Source: an uncultured virus (IMG/VR IMGVR_UViG_3300042455_001744) (Duplodnaviria; Heunggongvirae; Uroviricota; Caudoviricetes). From it: a stretch of 64,000 bases of DNA. The notes beneath the pieces were generated by a model. It made no database searches, was not told the origin of the DNA, and saw only the letters and a list, made by a program, of their open reading frames with translations. Where the stretch lies: the IMG/VR virus record IMGVR_UViG_3300042455_001744; one strand, 5' to 3'. Below, piece by piece: positions 37,301 through 47,910 of the stretch. Numbering within the stretch: the first letter of the stretch is position 1; each line of letters opens with the position of its first letter. Both the position numbers and the translations under genes were made by a program.

Positions 37301-40150
37301 TATACTCAACAGACTAGGAGTTACTTGTACTCTTTGAGTTGAAACAATTGAGTAATTAGCGTTAATAACTCTTTCATAAAACGAATCCGGTAAATTAGAA
37401 CCTAATGCAGTTACCGCATCAACATAATCTTTTACTGAGACATTCTCAATTACTTGAAGATACTCCAAGTCCATCGCAAATTTATGATAACTGTCTTCTG
37501 AACCACCGGTAATAGTATATACAGTTTGTAAATTCACACCTTGACCATTAGAAACTTCACCTTGATTCGGGTCAGCGTATGTTACAGTAACCTGTGCAAC
37601 ATTAATTTTTTTACTACCATTATATGGGACACCAATAGTTTTACCTGTAATACTATTAGTTCCTAAATCATTAGATGGTAAGACATTTGATAAATTAACA
37701 TCTTTAGTTTTTGATGGGTCAACAGTTGTTAACATACCCCCAATTGGGAAATTTGAACTTTCAGTAGAATCAACTAATACCGCAATGACATTATCTAAAT
37801 GGTATGACCCATTAAATTGATTATTACTAACAGTTAAAGGACCACCATTCATATCAGCATTAAATCTAACACCAATTTGATTCACACCACCACCAGGATT
37901 ATCCGAAGTTTGATTAAAATATTTAGCTTTAACATTAAACAAATTGAATCGTTCATGCCAAGGTAAATCTGTTGATTGTAATATTTTTTGGTCATTACCA
38001 TAATTAAAAATACCCATACTTGGTGCTACACCTTTGTCATTGTCTTTACCATTAGTCGGTAAACCTGTTATAAAATAAACATCATTACTTGCATATGGTG
38101 TAAAGGCACCTGGAGTATCAGGGATAGGATAAGGTCTTTTTGAAAACGCCCCGTCTATTACAAGGTCAGCATTAGGTGAGTTACCTTCTTCAACAGGGTC
38201 ATTAGGGTCAGGTGGTACTGTTTTAGGTGCCGCTGGGTCACAAACACATAATTCACAATCAGGAAAAGTCATATTAGGTAATGGTAAATAGGTATCTTTA
38301 CATTTCCCTTCAATTGATTTCTCTCTATCCGTAAAATTATTACACTTATCTCCCGCAAAACGTTTAAATGGATACCAACTTATCGCAGTAATAGAAAACC
38401 CCCTATCTTTTAACCAACACCAAAAAGACTTTAATGCACTTACAATTGGTAGAATAATATTACATAAAACCCAAAGATATAAATGATATACAAAAATAAC
38501 AAGAAATAAAATAACATAAGCAATAATCATTAATATTTGGAATAGAATGTAAATAATATCAATCCTAAACATCGCATCATTTGACGGAAACTTATTATTT
38601 GTCGATTCACAAGTATCGTCAAGAATGTTTTTAATCGCAATAATTCTGTTATTCGAATCACCTTTACGATATTCACTAATTAATTGAGATATTGTATATA
38701 CTTTATTATATCTCATTTCATAGAATCTATCTTGACAATTGATAGCTTCTAATATCATTTCATCACCTAATGTAGTTACAGTACCATTATTAGATTTTTC
38801 ACCATAATCATCCCAATCTAAACTAAACGCATATGATGCTTTAGCTGCACGACCATTATCTGTTGTTGGAACTGTACTACCATAATCACAAGGGTTGTCA
38901 AACCTACCAAAATTAGCCCTACTACCCGTCATTTTACCCGTTAACGGGTCAATACCGGATGATGTTGTCCATCCATACTCTTTAATATTTGGAACTAAAT
39001 AATTTGCTCGTTTAACTCTTGCACCTAAATCTGTTGATTGATTCCACATCACCTTAAATCTATATTTACCTTTAGTCGGTATACCTTTTTTAGGGTCATT
39101 AGAAATAACTTGTTCACCAAACTCATTAGTTACGACATAATCCAAATTCATTGGTACGTCAAACATCCAAGTACCATTATCATCAATTACTTGACCACCC
39201 TCTTCCAATTCAGCTACCTCTAACGAAGGTCTTCCTTTCGAATCCATTTTTATAGTTTGTCTAATCGCCTGTATTTGACCAGGCCCTGTAATTAAACTAC
39301 ATAAACTACCGGATTTTAACGTTGGTTTACAATTTCTTTTTAATGCAAGGTCTTCGTCTGTTGATATTAACGACCCCATAAAAATAGCCGTTGGTCGTAT
39401 TGTTATATTTTTTTCAGCTGACAAATCAAAATCGGTTCTTGTAATACCCACCTCACAAACATTTTCATCACCCCAAAATGGTTCAACCGCAATATTCCTA
39501 TTAATAGTAATAATTTGAGGTAATTCATTTAAATTGCTCGATGATTTAAATTTAGTACCATCAACTTGTTGTGGTGTTGCAACACCCATTCGTATCATAT
39601 CTTGAGGTGACAATGAAAACTCACCAATATCTGATAAGTCAATATTAACAACAACTGTTTGGACCCCAAGAGGTACTCCCAATATCATATAATCACCACT
39701 TTCATTTGTAACTGAATTATACTTATAATATTTGTCGTAAATTTCTATTTTAGTTGGATTAGTTAGAACATCTTGTCGTGTAAAAAAAGACCCTGTTGGT
39801 ACGTGATTACTGTATGATGGTTCTGTTGGTAATAAATTATAAAGGAATCCATCACCATTTAACTTTGTTAAATTTTTATAAGGATACAAATCCGCAATTA
39901 TCGGATTATTAATTTCGTCATCATCTGATAATGGGACGAACACTGAAACTTTAGCGTTTGGAACACCAAACCCATTATTAATACTTACTCTACCAATTAT
40001 GACACCATAATCTGAGCATCTCCTGTTATACACATCACTTTGAAGGACCTTTATAGATAATACTTCAAGTGATTCGAAATCTTGGTCTAACTTAACTCTA
40101 ATTGATTTATCGACACCAACCGTTGTTCTTATTCTGTATGAATTTGACAT
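34391..40150 (-). CDS. Giant putative structural protein with internal transmembrane-like segment
   Basis: 1919 aa; N-terminal GRV..NNGFGVPNAKVSVF...TNESGDYMILGVPLG (carboxypeptidase-regulatory-like beta sandwich); long hydrophobic stretch about 38420-38570. Confidence 0.65.
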   Translation of the reverse strand: MSNSYRIRTTVGVDKSIRVKLDQDFESLEVLSIKVLQSDVYNRRCSDYGVIIGRVSINNGFGVPNAKVSVFVPLSDDDEINNPIIADLYPYKNLTKLNGDGFLYNLLPTEPSYSNHVPTGSFFTRQDVLTNPTKIEIYDKYYKYNSVTNESGDYMILGVPLGVQTVVVNIDLSDIGEFSLSPQDMIRMGVATPQQVDGTKFKSSSNLNELPQIITINRNIAVEPFWGDENVCEVGITRTDFDLSAEKNITIRPTAIFMGSLISTDEDLALKRNCKPTLKSGSLCSLITGPGQIQAIRQTIKMDSKGRPSLEVAELEEGGQVIDDNGTWMFDVPMNLDYVVTNEFGEQVISNDPKKGIPTKGKYRFKVMWNQSTDLGARVKRANYLVPNIKEYGWTTSSGIDPLTGKMTGSRANFGRFDNPCDYGSTVPTTDNGRAAKASYAFSLDWDDYGEKSNNGTVTTLGDEMILEAINCQDRFYEMRYNKVYTISQLISEYRKGDSNNRIIAIKNILDDTCESTNNKFPSNDAMFRIDIIYILFQILMIIAYVILFLVIFVYHLYLWVLCNIILPIVSALKSFWCWLKDRGFSITAISWYPFKRFAGDKCNNFTDREKSIEGKCKDTYLPLPNMTFPDCELCVCDPAAPKTVPPDPNDPVEEGNSPNADLVIDGAFSKRPYPIPDTPGAFTPYASNDVYFITGLPTNGKDNDKGVAPSMGIFNYGNDQKILQSTDLPWHERFNLFNVKAKYFNQTSDNPGGGVNQIGVRFNADMNGGPLTVSNNQFNGSYHLDNVIAVLVDSTESSNFPIGGMLTTVDPSKTKDVNLSNVLPSNDLGTNSITGKTIGVPYNGSKKINVAQVTVTYADPNQGEVSNGQGVNLQTVYTITGGSEDSYHKFAMDLEYLQVIENVSVKDYVDAVTALGSNLPDSFYERVINANYSIVSTQRVQVTPSLLSINMPHGLSDIQHYHATYSAPPPKPYIRGYIDKSDSLRVVFFVRGVDPNSPKTTISYDLSKLYSQKDWGKKIVTLDKMRMNIPVQGGIRCVKHTITDNNLIDTYSNQYLFHSTFMWKPALTSLAIGPQDDPTTCTYDANGDPINCQPYNPPGRDPFYRPADYACFRPFSTTAHTYYSMLDESMADNCFNNYGKGTQNSATSTGKGLRINYNGNVNWGGPEGNALGGYIDVQPDYNNQDNGLAPWFRGWGNKMIWLYPNVPGTNNNRGYYPNEIIEGGNLASLNISQRDNNFFYITYENGDCIPACTIAGFPVCCYPNWFPGQNVQLTYYRRLISLLETGRGWTQASWFISMTYNSVAIKNQVPLPEVNINLSNGDARMVMRSDRLPSSSVEELNENPALRELSYTLMSNNNFTYFTITDDGGVIQNGGVNSVSGVGGAGDSKAANAETGACADILGTFNCEGMIPLDCYYVNQNNNFTYYPRDKTQPIPQSGPGSCWGNRIPKGTNARFGVPQPEEIFNQGCYITCTVPFETLIFDYKLLTEWRARMVITFGACRNVFSHYFTNNWINGTLYSFSFVNSRRFTSPTEPNPKLRNKPYNCFCKNMVYFNTESNNFYYRSSPYNSTDKTFIGRQSPKNWFTNKSFGGNQKNLMFPTTITDLGPRDIYTQEIVFSNDYDGYVMKNLDTTTFKDVSDLLNTFIISRLINKSSLDKILGILGVGQILTYFSRENLKIDGDYAQMNSINSELGTIGFSDENYNSCTDVFYNGANSNDAIIGVYFSSNTQIRDYITPKRTIITDESTINNANCAFEYFNVKTQVVPYYQWYIKKNFNPNSDGEDPNPSALFGPYKPDSIFGNQLNEWHTEPFSATTFFSYGYQNLDRLLRSSRYFRTKGSTITKYYRGNIYSVDGSTPPVQNADTLYWDTNSPGDNVPYSERVINTGAPFYFYFGLTQGKSAFDRFTRKWIDSDIFTD

Positions 40151-40221
40151 TATTTTCTTTTAAAATAAATAGTTTATATACTATTTTTAAAAGATAATTG
40201 ATAAATTTTCAAAATAAATCA

Positions 40222-42060
40222 TCAACTAAAATTAGTTACTGATAGATTCTTAACTCGAATATTAATATCGTTATTTGGATATCTAATTTGGTACGTTTGA
40301 CTTGGTTCTGCAAATATAGTTTCATCAATTAATTCAATTTCTCTAGTGTCTTTATCAAGATATCTTTGTGATGTTTGAGATGATGAGTATTGACCACCAA
40401 CTTTATTAAATACTGATATACCAGCAACACTAACAACACCGTTAGTTGCTTGAATTAATCGTCTAATTTCAGAGACATTAACATTTTCACCCATTTGTCT
40501 ATTACCTGGTTCAAAATAATCAGATACTATATTAATTACTTGAGTAATTAATGAACCTTGGTTTTGACTACTCTCCAAAACAACATCAATAGTAAAAGAC
40601 AAATCAATAACATTAGCCACCTGAACCGAAATATAATCATTCATCATTCGATAGTTAGATAAGTAATTAGCCACATTATTTTTTAATGTGTCAGAAACAA
40701 TTTCAGTTAACTTACCATTCTCATCATATGATAACATTTTAATAACAACTTTGTTGTTTTCTTCCGTAATCGCAACTTTAGCAGGAGCACCAAATTGTGA
40801 TGGCATTGTTCTAATTAAAGAATCATAATCGTTAACCGTAACTGCCCTGTTTTGAGCTGAGAAGTTAAACGCCACTAAGTTTCTAACCTCTTCAATTGTT
40901 GGATAATCAGCTCCACCAATAGCCGCAGTTACGTTATTACAAGACAATGAGTTAACAACATTCGTGTTTACTGACTCAGATGGTCCGTTAACGAAAAATG
41001 ATACAGTCCCAATTTGTGTAATAACATTAACACCCAAATTACTAACTTGACCTCCACCAACTCTATACTGAACGAATAGTGTTGTATTTGATTTTAATGT
41101 ACTACCTAACGCAAAGTTATTTGAATATTTGTATAAATTTAGATTATATCCGTTTCTAGCAAACTCTCTTAATTGTTCATCAGCAGATTGATTACCACCT
41201 CCAAATGTCATTTTAAAATAACCTTCAGGTGTGAATTCAGTTATAAATTTATCATTTACCGACAAATATTTACCAACTTTAATACCAGGACTATCAGACA
41301 CTTTAGTTGGGTCTTCAACGAATACTCTGTCTTCCGCCAACGCTTTAACCTCATACCATCTATTATCAAGCCCCAAAAACTCTTGGTTTGAAGGGACATT
41401 ACCATATTGTGTTCCGTCTTTTAATAAAACACTTGTGACCCCCAAAACATTTTTGTCAGGTAAAAACACTTCATAGAAAGGTTTAACATCATTAGGTGTT
41501 ATAACTTTTTTATATACTTTTGTAACTCCATTAACTACCGTCTCTCTTTTAACAATCGTATAATTTATTAACTTATTATTAGAGTCGAAATTAGGTATTT
41601 TTAAACGATTAGGAAAACCATCACCACTAATTGGTGATGCAAAATCAATATCATACACAGTTTCAAAAGCTTGTCCAGCACCATTCACCTGAGAACCTCG
41701 TCTTAATATACCACAGTATCTTAAATCTTCTTTATCTCCGTAAGCCGGCACTGTAATTGATAAATCCACCAACGCAACTGAGGGTCTTTGACCCGGTATT
41801 TTTAAACCATAAGTTCTTGCGATATTATATATTGAAGACCTTTGTTGTGCAAATTGTAAAACCGTTTCTTGAATACTTCTATCAATATTGAAGTGTAAGT
41901 TATCAGTAACTGCCGCGTTCAAATCTAAGAACACCGAGAAAATCGCCGCGTCATTAACGTTCTCAATTAAATCAGGATAATACGTTCTTGTAAAATTAAT
42001 TAACTCAGTTCTTATTGACTGAAAATCTCTTGTAGTATACGAAATCTTTTTATTAGCCAT
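40222..42060 (-). CDS. Baseplate wedge subunit (T4 gp6 / baseplate J-like)
   Basis: YTTRDFQSIRTELI, SIYNIARTYG, YRVGGG..SN, GGAD, QNRAVTVNDY. Confidence 0.88.
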   Translation of the reverse strand: MANKKISYTTRDFQSIRTELINFTRTYYPDLIENVNDAAIFSVFLDLNAAVTDNLHFNIDRSIQETVLQFAQQRSSIYNIARTYGLKIPGQRPSVALVDLSITVPAYGDKEDLRYCGILRRGSQVNGAGQAFETVYDIDFASPISGDGFPNRLKIPNFDSNNKLINYTIVKRETVVNGVTKVYKKVITPNDVKPFYEVFLPDKNVLGVTSVLLKDGTQYGNVPSNQEFLGLDNRWYEVKALAEDRVFVEDPTKVSDSPGIKVGKYLSVNDKFITEFTPEGYFKMTFGGGNQSADEQLREFARNGYNLNLYKYSNNFALGSTLKSNTTLFVQYRVGGGQVSNLGVNVITQIGTVSFFVNGPSESVNTNVVNSLSCNNVTAAIGGADYPTIEEVRNLVAFNFSAQNRAVTVNDYDSLIRTMPSQFGAPAKVAITEENNKVVIKMLSYDENGKLTEIVSDTLKNNVANYLSNYRMMNDYISVQVANVIDLSFTIDVVLESSQNQGSLITQVINIVSDYFEPGNRQMGENVNVSEIRRLIQATNGVVSVAGISVFNKVGGQYSSSQTSQRYLDKDTREIELIDETIFAEPSQTYQIRYPNNDINIRVKNLSVTNFS

Positions 42061-42061
42061 A

Positions 42062-42520
42062 TTATAAATTTATAATAACAAAATCACTTGAGTTGAACGC
42101 GTCATCGTTTAACAAGTAATCAATTTTAATTTTTGCAGTGTGTTCTTTTGTCCCGATACCTGGCACTCTAAAAACTCGTTCATCATTACCATTAACAAAC
42201 GTTCCTTTATCTTCCTCACCCTCTGACGCTGGTGTTACCTCTAATTTAGTAATTGTAATACCGGGAATATATTCTTTAACAGAATCCCTAATTTCAGATT
42301 CTATTTGTGAAAAAGTTGGTCCATCTAATGGTTCAAATAAATACTCATATAATCTTGTCCCAAAATCAGGTAAATAATATCTAGTACCTTTTCTCGTTAG
42401 TAATAAATGAATTAGATTTGAACGTATTTCTTCCCTATTCGTGTTTGATAAATCAAGATATTTACCATCATACGAATCCCTAAAGGGAAAATTAATACCA
42501 TATGTTAATCCTTCTGCCAT
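42062..42520 (-). CDS. Baseplate protein, T4 gp25/GPW-like
   Basis: GINFPF, IRSNLIHLLLTRKGTRYYLPDFGTRL; start moved to ATG 42520 because the longer start runs into the terminator. Confidence 0.9.
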   Translation of the reverse strand: MAEGLTYGINFPFRDSYDGKYLDLSNTNREEIRSNLIHLLLTRKGTRYYLPDFGTRLYEYLFEPLDGPTFSQIESEIRDSVKEYIPGITITKLEVTPASEGEEDKGTFVNGNDERVFRVPGIGTKEHTAKIKIDYLLNDDAFNSSDFVIINL

Positions 42521-42570
42521 ATAACATAAATATAATGTCGTTATGAATTTTTTGTATAACGTTCTAAAAT

Positions 42571-42600
42571 AAAAAACTCTCGACATTGCCGAGAGTTTTT
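42571..42600 (-). terminator. Intrinsic terminator after nrdA
   Basis: AAAAAACTCTCG-acattgc-CGAGAGTTTTT. Confidence 0.85.
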
Positions 42601-42616
42601 ATGATTTACGGTTTTT

Positions 42617-45031
42617 TTAAGATGAACACCCAAAACATTCAAATTCTGAATCTTGAGGTTTTTGTGGTATCACATCAACTGTTGGTTTTTCTTTTACAGG
42701 TTTTTCTCTTTTCGAGATATCCACCGCTAAGTGTTTAGCCCCCGTCGAAATCGCTTTAGTTCGGATATAGTAACTTAATGTTTTTAATCCTCTCTCCCAA
42801 CCGTGAAAGTGAGATGAGGTAATTTTTGACAACGTTGGGTTACTCATATAGATGTTCATTGATTGAGATTGGTCAATATAAGGAGCTCTGTCAGCTGCCA
42901 TATCAATCAATTCTCTTTGTGAAATCTCCCAAATCGTTTTATATTTAGACATTAAGTGTTCTATTCGTTTAACTTTCTTGTTGTAATTTTTGTCCTCAAC
43001 ATCAAGATAATGATTGAAATTAACGTTCTGAATTGAACCTTCATTTAGTATGATATCATTTTTCAAATCCTCAGACCAAATCCCTAATTTTTCAAAATCT
43101 TGTATTAAGTATTTATTTACTATCAAAATCTCACCACCTACAACTCGTCTGTTAAACAACGCCGAATGAGCGGGTTCTGTCATTTCAAATGAACCTGTAA
43201 TTTTTGCTGAAGACGCAACAGGCATTTGAGCCGTGAATAATGAATTACATACACCATATTTCATTACCCTTTCTTTTAATGAAGTCCAATCCCACATTCC
43301 TGATAAATCATCCTCAGTCATTCCCCACATATCAAATTGGAATTCTCCTTTTGACATTGGCGAACCTTTGAAGTATTCATAAGGTGAGTATTTTTCTTCA
43401 ATACATAATTGATTACTCTCAGTGATTGCGGCAAAGTAGATAGTTTCGAAAATTTGTTTGTTTAATTTTCTCGCCTCCTCAGATGTGAATACGTAATCTA
43501 ATAAATAAAATACGTCAGCCAATCCTTGAACTCCAATAGCAATAGCTCTTTGTTCTAAACCACCTTTTCTACCCTTCTCAGTTGAGTAACTATTAATGTT
43601 AATTACTTTGTTTAAAGTTCTTGTAACCTTTCTTACCTCATCAAACAATAGTTTAAAATCAAATTTACCTTCAACGATAAAGTTTTTCAATACCATTGAT
43701 GATAACGTACAAATAGCCGTAGTTTCTTCATCAGTATATTGGAAAATCTCCGCACATAAGTTAGATTGATGTATAACCCCAATGTTTTGGTGGTTAGTTT
43801 TTCTATTAGCATTATCTTTAGAACATAAGTAAGGAACACCTGTTTCAATTTGAGACTCAATAATCTTAGTCCAAATTTCAGTTGCACTTACTTTTTTACC
43901 AAGACCTAACTCAACCGCTTTCACATAAGTTTCTTCATACTCAGAACCGTAAGACTCTTGTAAAGGTTTTAATCCCGCCTTCTTAATATCATTAGGACAG
44001 AACAAATACCAATCAGAATTATTTCTAACCGCTTTCATAAAGTTATCAGGAATCCACAATGCCGTAAACAAGTCTCTAGCTCTCAATTCATCTTTACCTG
44101 TATTCTTTTTAATATCCAATAAATCAAAGATATCTTTATGCCAAGGTTCGATGTAGATAGCTGCACTACCAGGTCTTCTACCTTGTTGATTAAAGAATCT
44201 TAATGATTCGTTAACAATTTTAAGATACTTTAATAATCCACCCGCAAAACCACCTGATGTAGTAATACGACTTTCTTTACTTCTTTGGTTTGACATACAT
44301 AATCCAATACCCGCAGCGTCCGATGAGTAAGTAGAAATATCATTCAATGTACCCAACAAACCTTGTCTTGAATCTGAATTATTATAATGTAATACACAAG
44401 ACGCTAACTGAGGGATTAATGTCCCTGAGTTAATCATAATTGGGGTTGCCTTAGAAATTCTTTGTTCTGACAATGACTTATAATAATCAACCGCCTCTTC
44501 GTAACTATCAGTTACCCACAACGCAATTCTCATATACATATGTTGTGGTCTTTCAACAACCTTACCATTCGGTAATTTCAACAAATACATTTCTTGTAAT
44601 GCTTTCCACGCAAAAAAGTCAAAGTTATAATCATTCTCGTGATTAATAATTGAATCAATCTTACTTGGTCCATATTTCTCGATAATACTCATTAGATTAT
44701 CGTGAACAACACCTTCAGTGTGTAATGTGTGCATAGTTTCACTAAAACTATCAACCGTATCTTTGTGATATGATGAGATAGCAACTGAAGACGCCAATCG
44801 TGAATAATCGTGATGACTACCAGTGTATGAGGACGCAATCTCATACACCAATTTATCTAATTCTTTTGTTGTGATGTAACCCTCAGTTGGTAGAGAAGTT
44901 GTCACTTTAATAAAAATCTCATCAAAGTTAACATTAAGACCTTTAGCTGCTCTTTTAACTCTGTTGTAAATTTTTTGAGGATTAAATGATTGTTTCTCCC
45001 CGTTTCTTTTTTTAATTTTTAATGACATCAT
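42617..45031 (-). CDS. nrdA: Ribonucleotide reductase class Ia alpha subunit with ATP cone
   Basis: KIKKRNG ATP cone, ERPQHM, QLASC, SNLCAEI, MPVASS, KTLSYYIRT, C-terminal CFGC. Confidence 0.97.
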   Translation of the reverse strand: MMSLKIKKRNGEKQSFNPQKIYNRVKRAAKGLNVNFDEIFIKVTTSLPTEGYITTKELDKLVYEIASSYTGSHHDYSRLASSVAISSYHKDTVDSFSETMHTLHTEGVVHDNLMSIIEKYGPSKIDSIINHENDYNFDFFAWKALQEMYLLKLPNGKVVERPQHMYMRIALWVTDSYEEAVDYYKSLSEQRISKATPIMINSGTLIPQLASCVLHYNNSDSRQGLLGTLNDISTYSSDAAGIGLCMSNQRSKESRITTSGGFAGGLLKYLKIVNESLRFFNQQGRRPGSAAIYIEPWHKDIFDLLDIKKNTGKDELRARDLFTALWIPDNFMKAVRNNSDWYLFCPNDIKKAGLKPLQESYGSEYEETYVKAVELGLGKKVSATEIWTKIIESQIETGVPYLCSKDNANRKTNHQNIGVIHQSNLCAEIFQYTDEETTAICTLSSMVLKNFIVEGKFDFKLLFDEVRKVTRTLNKVININSYSTEKGRKGGLEQRAIAIGVQGLADVFYLLDYVFTSEEARKLNKQIFETIYFAAITESNQLCIEEKYSPYEYFKGSPMSKGEFQFDMWGMTEDDLSGMWDWTSLKERVMKYGVCNSLFTAQMPVASSAKITGSFEMTEPAHSALFNRRVVGGEILIVNKYLIQDFEKLGIWSEDLKNDIILNEGSIQNVNFNHYLDVEDKNYNKKVKRIEHLMSKYKTIWEISQRELIDMAADRAPYIDQSQSMNIYMSNPTLSKITSSHFHGWERGLKTLSYYIRTKAISTGAKHLAVDISKREKPVKEKPTVDVIPQKPQDSEFECFGCSS

Positions 45032-45049
45032 AATGATTATAATATTTTA

Positions 45050-46009
45050 TTAAAACTCATCAGTAAAAGAAATTGTTTCATTCAATTTCGCCTTTTGATA
45101 TTCAAGTGTTCTATTTTCAAAGAAATTACCTTTAGTTTCAACCGCAATCTGTTCCATAAACTTGAAAGGTTGTTCTACATTAAATTCTTTACTACAACCT
45201 AACTTATATAATAAACCATCAACAACGAACTCTAAATATTGTTTCATTAAATTAGAATTCATCCCAATTAATGATACTGGTAGTGATTCAGTTATAAACT
45301 CCTTTTCAATCTCTAAAGCTGAAAGTAATATTTCTTTAATTCTTTTCTCACTTGGTTTGTTAACAATATGGTTATTTAACAAGTGAATTGCGAAATCACA
45401 ATGAAGATTCTCATCTTTAAAAATTAATGAGTTAGCGTCACATAATCCTTGCATAATTCCTCTCGATTTTAACCAAAATATTGAACAGAACGAACCTGAA
45501 AAAAAGATTCCTTCAACAGCAACAAACGCTATCAATCGTTCTTGAAACGATGCGTTTTCAATCCAATCTAAAGCCCATTTAGCTTTTTTCTGAACTGCCG
45601 GTAGTCTGTCAATCGCGTGGAAACAATCATCCTTTTCTTTTGAGTCTGTGATATAAGTATCAATTAATAAAGAATAAGTTAAAGAATGTTCATTCTCCAT
45701 AGCAACTTGGAATCCATAGAAAAACTTAGCTTCCGGAAACTGTACCTCCCTTGCGAAGTTCTCAGCAATGTTTTCATTAACAATACCATCAGATGCTGCA
45801 AAAAATGCTAAAATATTTTTAATGAAATATTTTTCATTATCTGATAAATTACTCCAATCTCTGATATCATCACTTAAATCAAATTCTTCTGCCGTCCAAA
45901 ACGCCGCCTTGTGTTGTGCATAAAATTCCCAAATATCGTGATATTGGATAGGGAATACTACAAATCTATCAGGATTTGTTTCTAAAATTGGTTCTACTTT
46001 ATTTTCCAT
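45050..46009 (-). CDS. nrdB: Ribonucleotide reductase class Ia beta subunit
   Basis: [45 protein letters not shown]; start moved to ATG 46009. Confidence 0.97.
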   Translation of the reverse strand: MENKVEPILETNPDRFVVFPIQYHDIWEFYAQHKAAFWTAEEFDLSDDIRDWSNLSDNEKYFIKNILAFFAASDGIVNENIAENFAREVQFPEAKFFYGFQVAMENEHSLTYSLLIDTYITDSKEKDDCFHAIDRLPAVQKKAKWALDWIENASFQERLIAFVAVEGIFFSGSFCSIFWLKSRGIMQGLCDANSLIFKDENLHCDFAIHLLNNHIVNKPSEKRIKEILLSALEIEKEFITESLPVSLIGMNSNLMKQYLEFVVDGLLYKLGCSKEFNVEQPFKFMEQIAVETKGNFFENRTLEYQKAKLNETISFTDEF

Positions 46010-46010
46010 A

Positions 46011-47423
46011 TTATTGTTCATCTTTTTTATTTTCATCATCTTTTTTCTTCTGTGCGTCACGTTCTTTACGTCTTTCCAATAACTCACGAACTTTATCACG
46101 TTGTTTTTGGTCGTTTTGTTCTTCAAGACCTAAGAATGTTACTGAAGATTCAGTATCAATTTCTAACATACCATTGTCGAACTTACAGTTTTCAAACACA
46201 ACACCATCATCACCAATACGTGACTTAGTAATTGCGATAGTTGCTAATTTCATTTCTTTTTGTTGTAATGACTTAGCCACCGATATGATAACGTGACCTA
46301 CTTGAGCTTTCTTAATAGAACCCCCCATTTGGTCAGTTGTTACAACTTCAGAAGAAATAGATTGTCTATTACCTTGTGTTGCTGTCCATCCAACTAAATT
46401 TAACTCGTGACACATTGCTTCAAACGCTCTCATTACAGAACCTTCCGATTTCCATTCATCACCTAAGTTTCTATCAGGTAATACACAGTCAATGTAATCT
46501 AACGATATCATATCAAGTTTAACACCATCAGCAATCATCTTTCTAACCTGATTCTTGATTTGTAACATCGTCATAGTATCTGACGGTAACTTTTTCAAGA
46601 TTAATTGATTTTGCATTGATGTTTTGATATCAGTTACACGTTTCAATACCTCATCTTTCTTCAAAGTTAATTCGTCAGGATGAACCTTAGTCCACAAAAC
46701 TATATGTTTTCGTTGAATAATCTTAGGATTATCTTCAAAAAATATTTGTAGGACGTTATAACCTAAGTTAAATGCGTGATTTGTAATCTTAGTCATTAGA
46801 GTTGTTTTACCAACCCCTGTTGGTGCCAATACAACACCAATCTCACCTTTAGCCAACCCACCTTTTAAGAGTCTATCAATCCCTGAAATACCCATTGGTA
46901 TCGGATGTCTATAATCCTCGTTTAAAACGTCGTCTAAGTTAGAGAAAACGTTAGTCATACCGTCTTCTCTTTCCCCAACTTGTAGTGCACTTCTTACTAA
47001 CTGTTCTACTTTGTCGTAGTTTTCGAACTCACCACCATCAATAATTTTTTGGGCTTTACCCATTACTTTTTGAAGTTCTTGTTGTTTACAAAACTTCATT
47101 GCTTTTTCTTGAACGAACTCAGCACCTTCTATTGGTGCCTCTTTAATTTTACCAATTGTGTCAATAACTATTTTTGAAGCGGTCTCTTGTTGTAATTCCG
47201 ACTTAGTTATTTGTTCCAAAGTATCAAACGTTGGTGTGTGTTCGTATTTTACATAGTATTCTTTAATCATCTGAATGATTAGTTTGAAATACTTGTTTTC
47301 AAAATAAGTCACATCAATCACGTCGATAATTGACCTAGAAAAGTCTTTATCTAAGATAATTTGGTTTAATAACTGTATTTGGAAACCACTTCCTAAGTAC
47401 TCAAAATTTTTATTTTTACTCAT
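46011..47423 (-). CDS. Replicative helicase (DnaB/T4 gp41-like)
   Basis: Walker [31 protein letters not shown]. Confidence 0.93.
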   Translation of the reverse strand: MSKNKNFEYLGSGFQIQLLNQIILDKDFSRSIIDVIDVTYFENKYFKLIIQMIKEYYVKYEHTPTFDTLEQITKSELQQETASKIVIDTIGKIKEAPIEGAEFVQEKAMKFCKQQELQKVMGKAQKIIDGGEFENYDKVEQLVRSALQVGEREDGMTNVFSNLDDVLNEDYRHPIPMGISGIDRLLKGGLAKGEIGVVLAPTGVGKTTLMTKITNHAFNLGYNVLQIFFEDNPKIIQRKHIVLWTKVHPDELTLKKDEVLKRVTDIKTSMQNQLILKKLPSDTMTMLQIKNQVRKMIADGVKLDMISLDYIDCVLPDRNLGDEWKSEGSVMRAFEAMCHELNLVGWTATQGNRQSISSEVVTTDQMGGSIKKAQVGHVIISVAKSLQQKEMKLATIAITKSRIGDDGVVFENCKFDNGMLEIDTESSVTFLGLEEQNDQKQRDKVRELLERRKERDAQKKKDDENKKDEQ

Positions 47424-47450
47424 ATATCTTTTTGTATTTTTAGATAAATA

Positions 47451-47906
47451 TTACGCCTCTAAACTAACTTCAGCATATTCAAAAGATAAATTTTTTGATG
47501 AAAAAATGTCAGTTAATGATAAAAGTAAGTTTTTTAGGTGTGGTCTTACATCCACGGTATATCTTATTTTTGGTGGATAGATTTTAGCGTCGATTTGTCT
47601 ATGACAAATTGTCACATCACCTTGTTTGATAAATACGTTAAAATACTCAGGACCTTCAGTATATGATGTATCCATAACCGCAGGATTATTAACTATCTCA
47701 TACATATTATCTAACATATATGTAACTGTTTTCATTTTTAATTGACGTTCTAAATCGTGCTTAAAATCTTTAATTAAGTCGTATAAGTCAACCGAACTTT
47801 TAGCTTTTGGGTTAAAATCTTTCACGTTAAAAAAACGTTGTACAATGATGTTATCGTTAACCATCATTAAAAACTCTAACTTTGTTGATTCGTTTTGCTC
47901 TTTCAT
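47451..47906 (-). CDS. Hypothetical protein
   Basis: 151 aa in the replication operon. Confidence 0.75.
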   Translation of the reverse strand: MKEQNESTKLEFLMMVNDNIIVQRFFNVKDFNPKAKSSVDLYDLIKDFKHDLERQLKMKTVTYMLDNMYEIVNNPAVMDTSYTEGPEYFNVFIKQGDVTICHRQIDAKIYPPKIRYTVDVRPHLKNLLLSLTDIFSSKNLSFEYAEVSLEA

Positions 47907-47910
47907 AATT

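Noticed and set aside
46010..46126. Long nrdB/helicase overlap, and similar extended starts at 42586, 32656, 18396, 7302 and 4097
   Set aside because: Longest-ORF artefacts; downstream ATGs next to the upstream stops fit better
42617..47423. Inteins or introns in nrdA, nrdB or helicase
   Set aside because: Normal lengths, contiguous motifs, no splicing or homing endonuclease signatures
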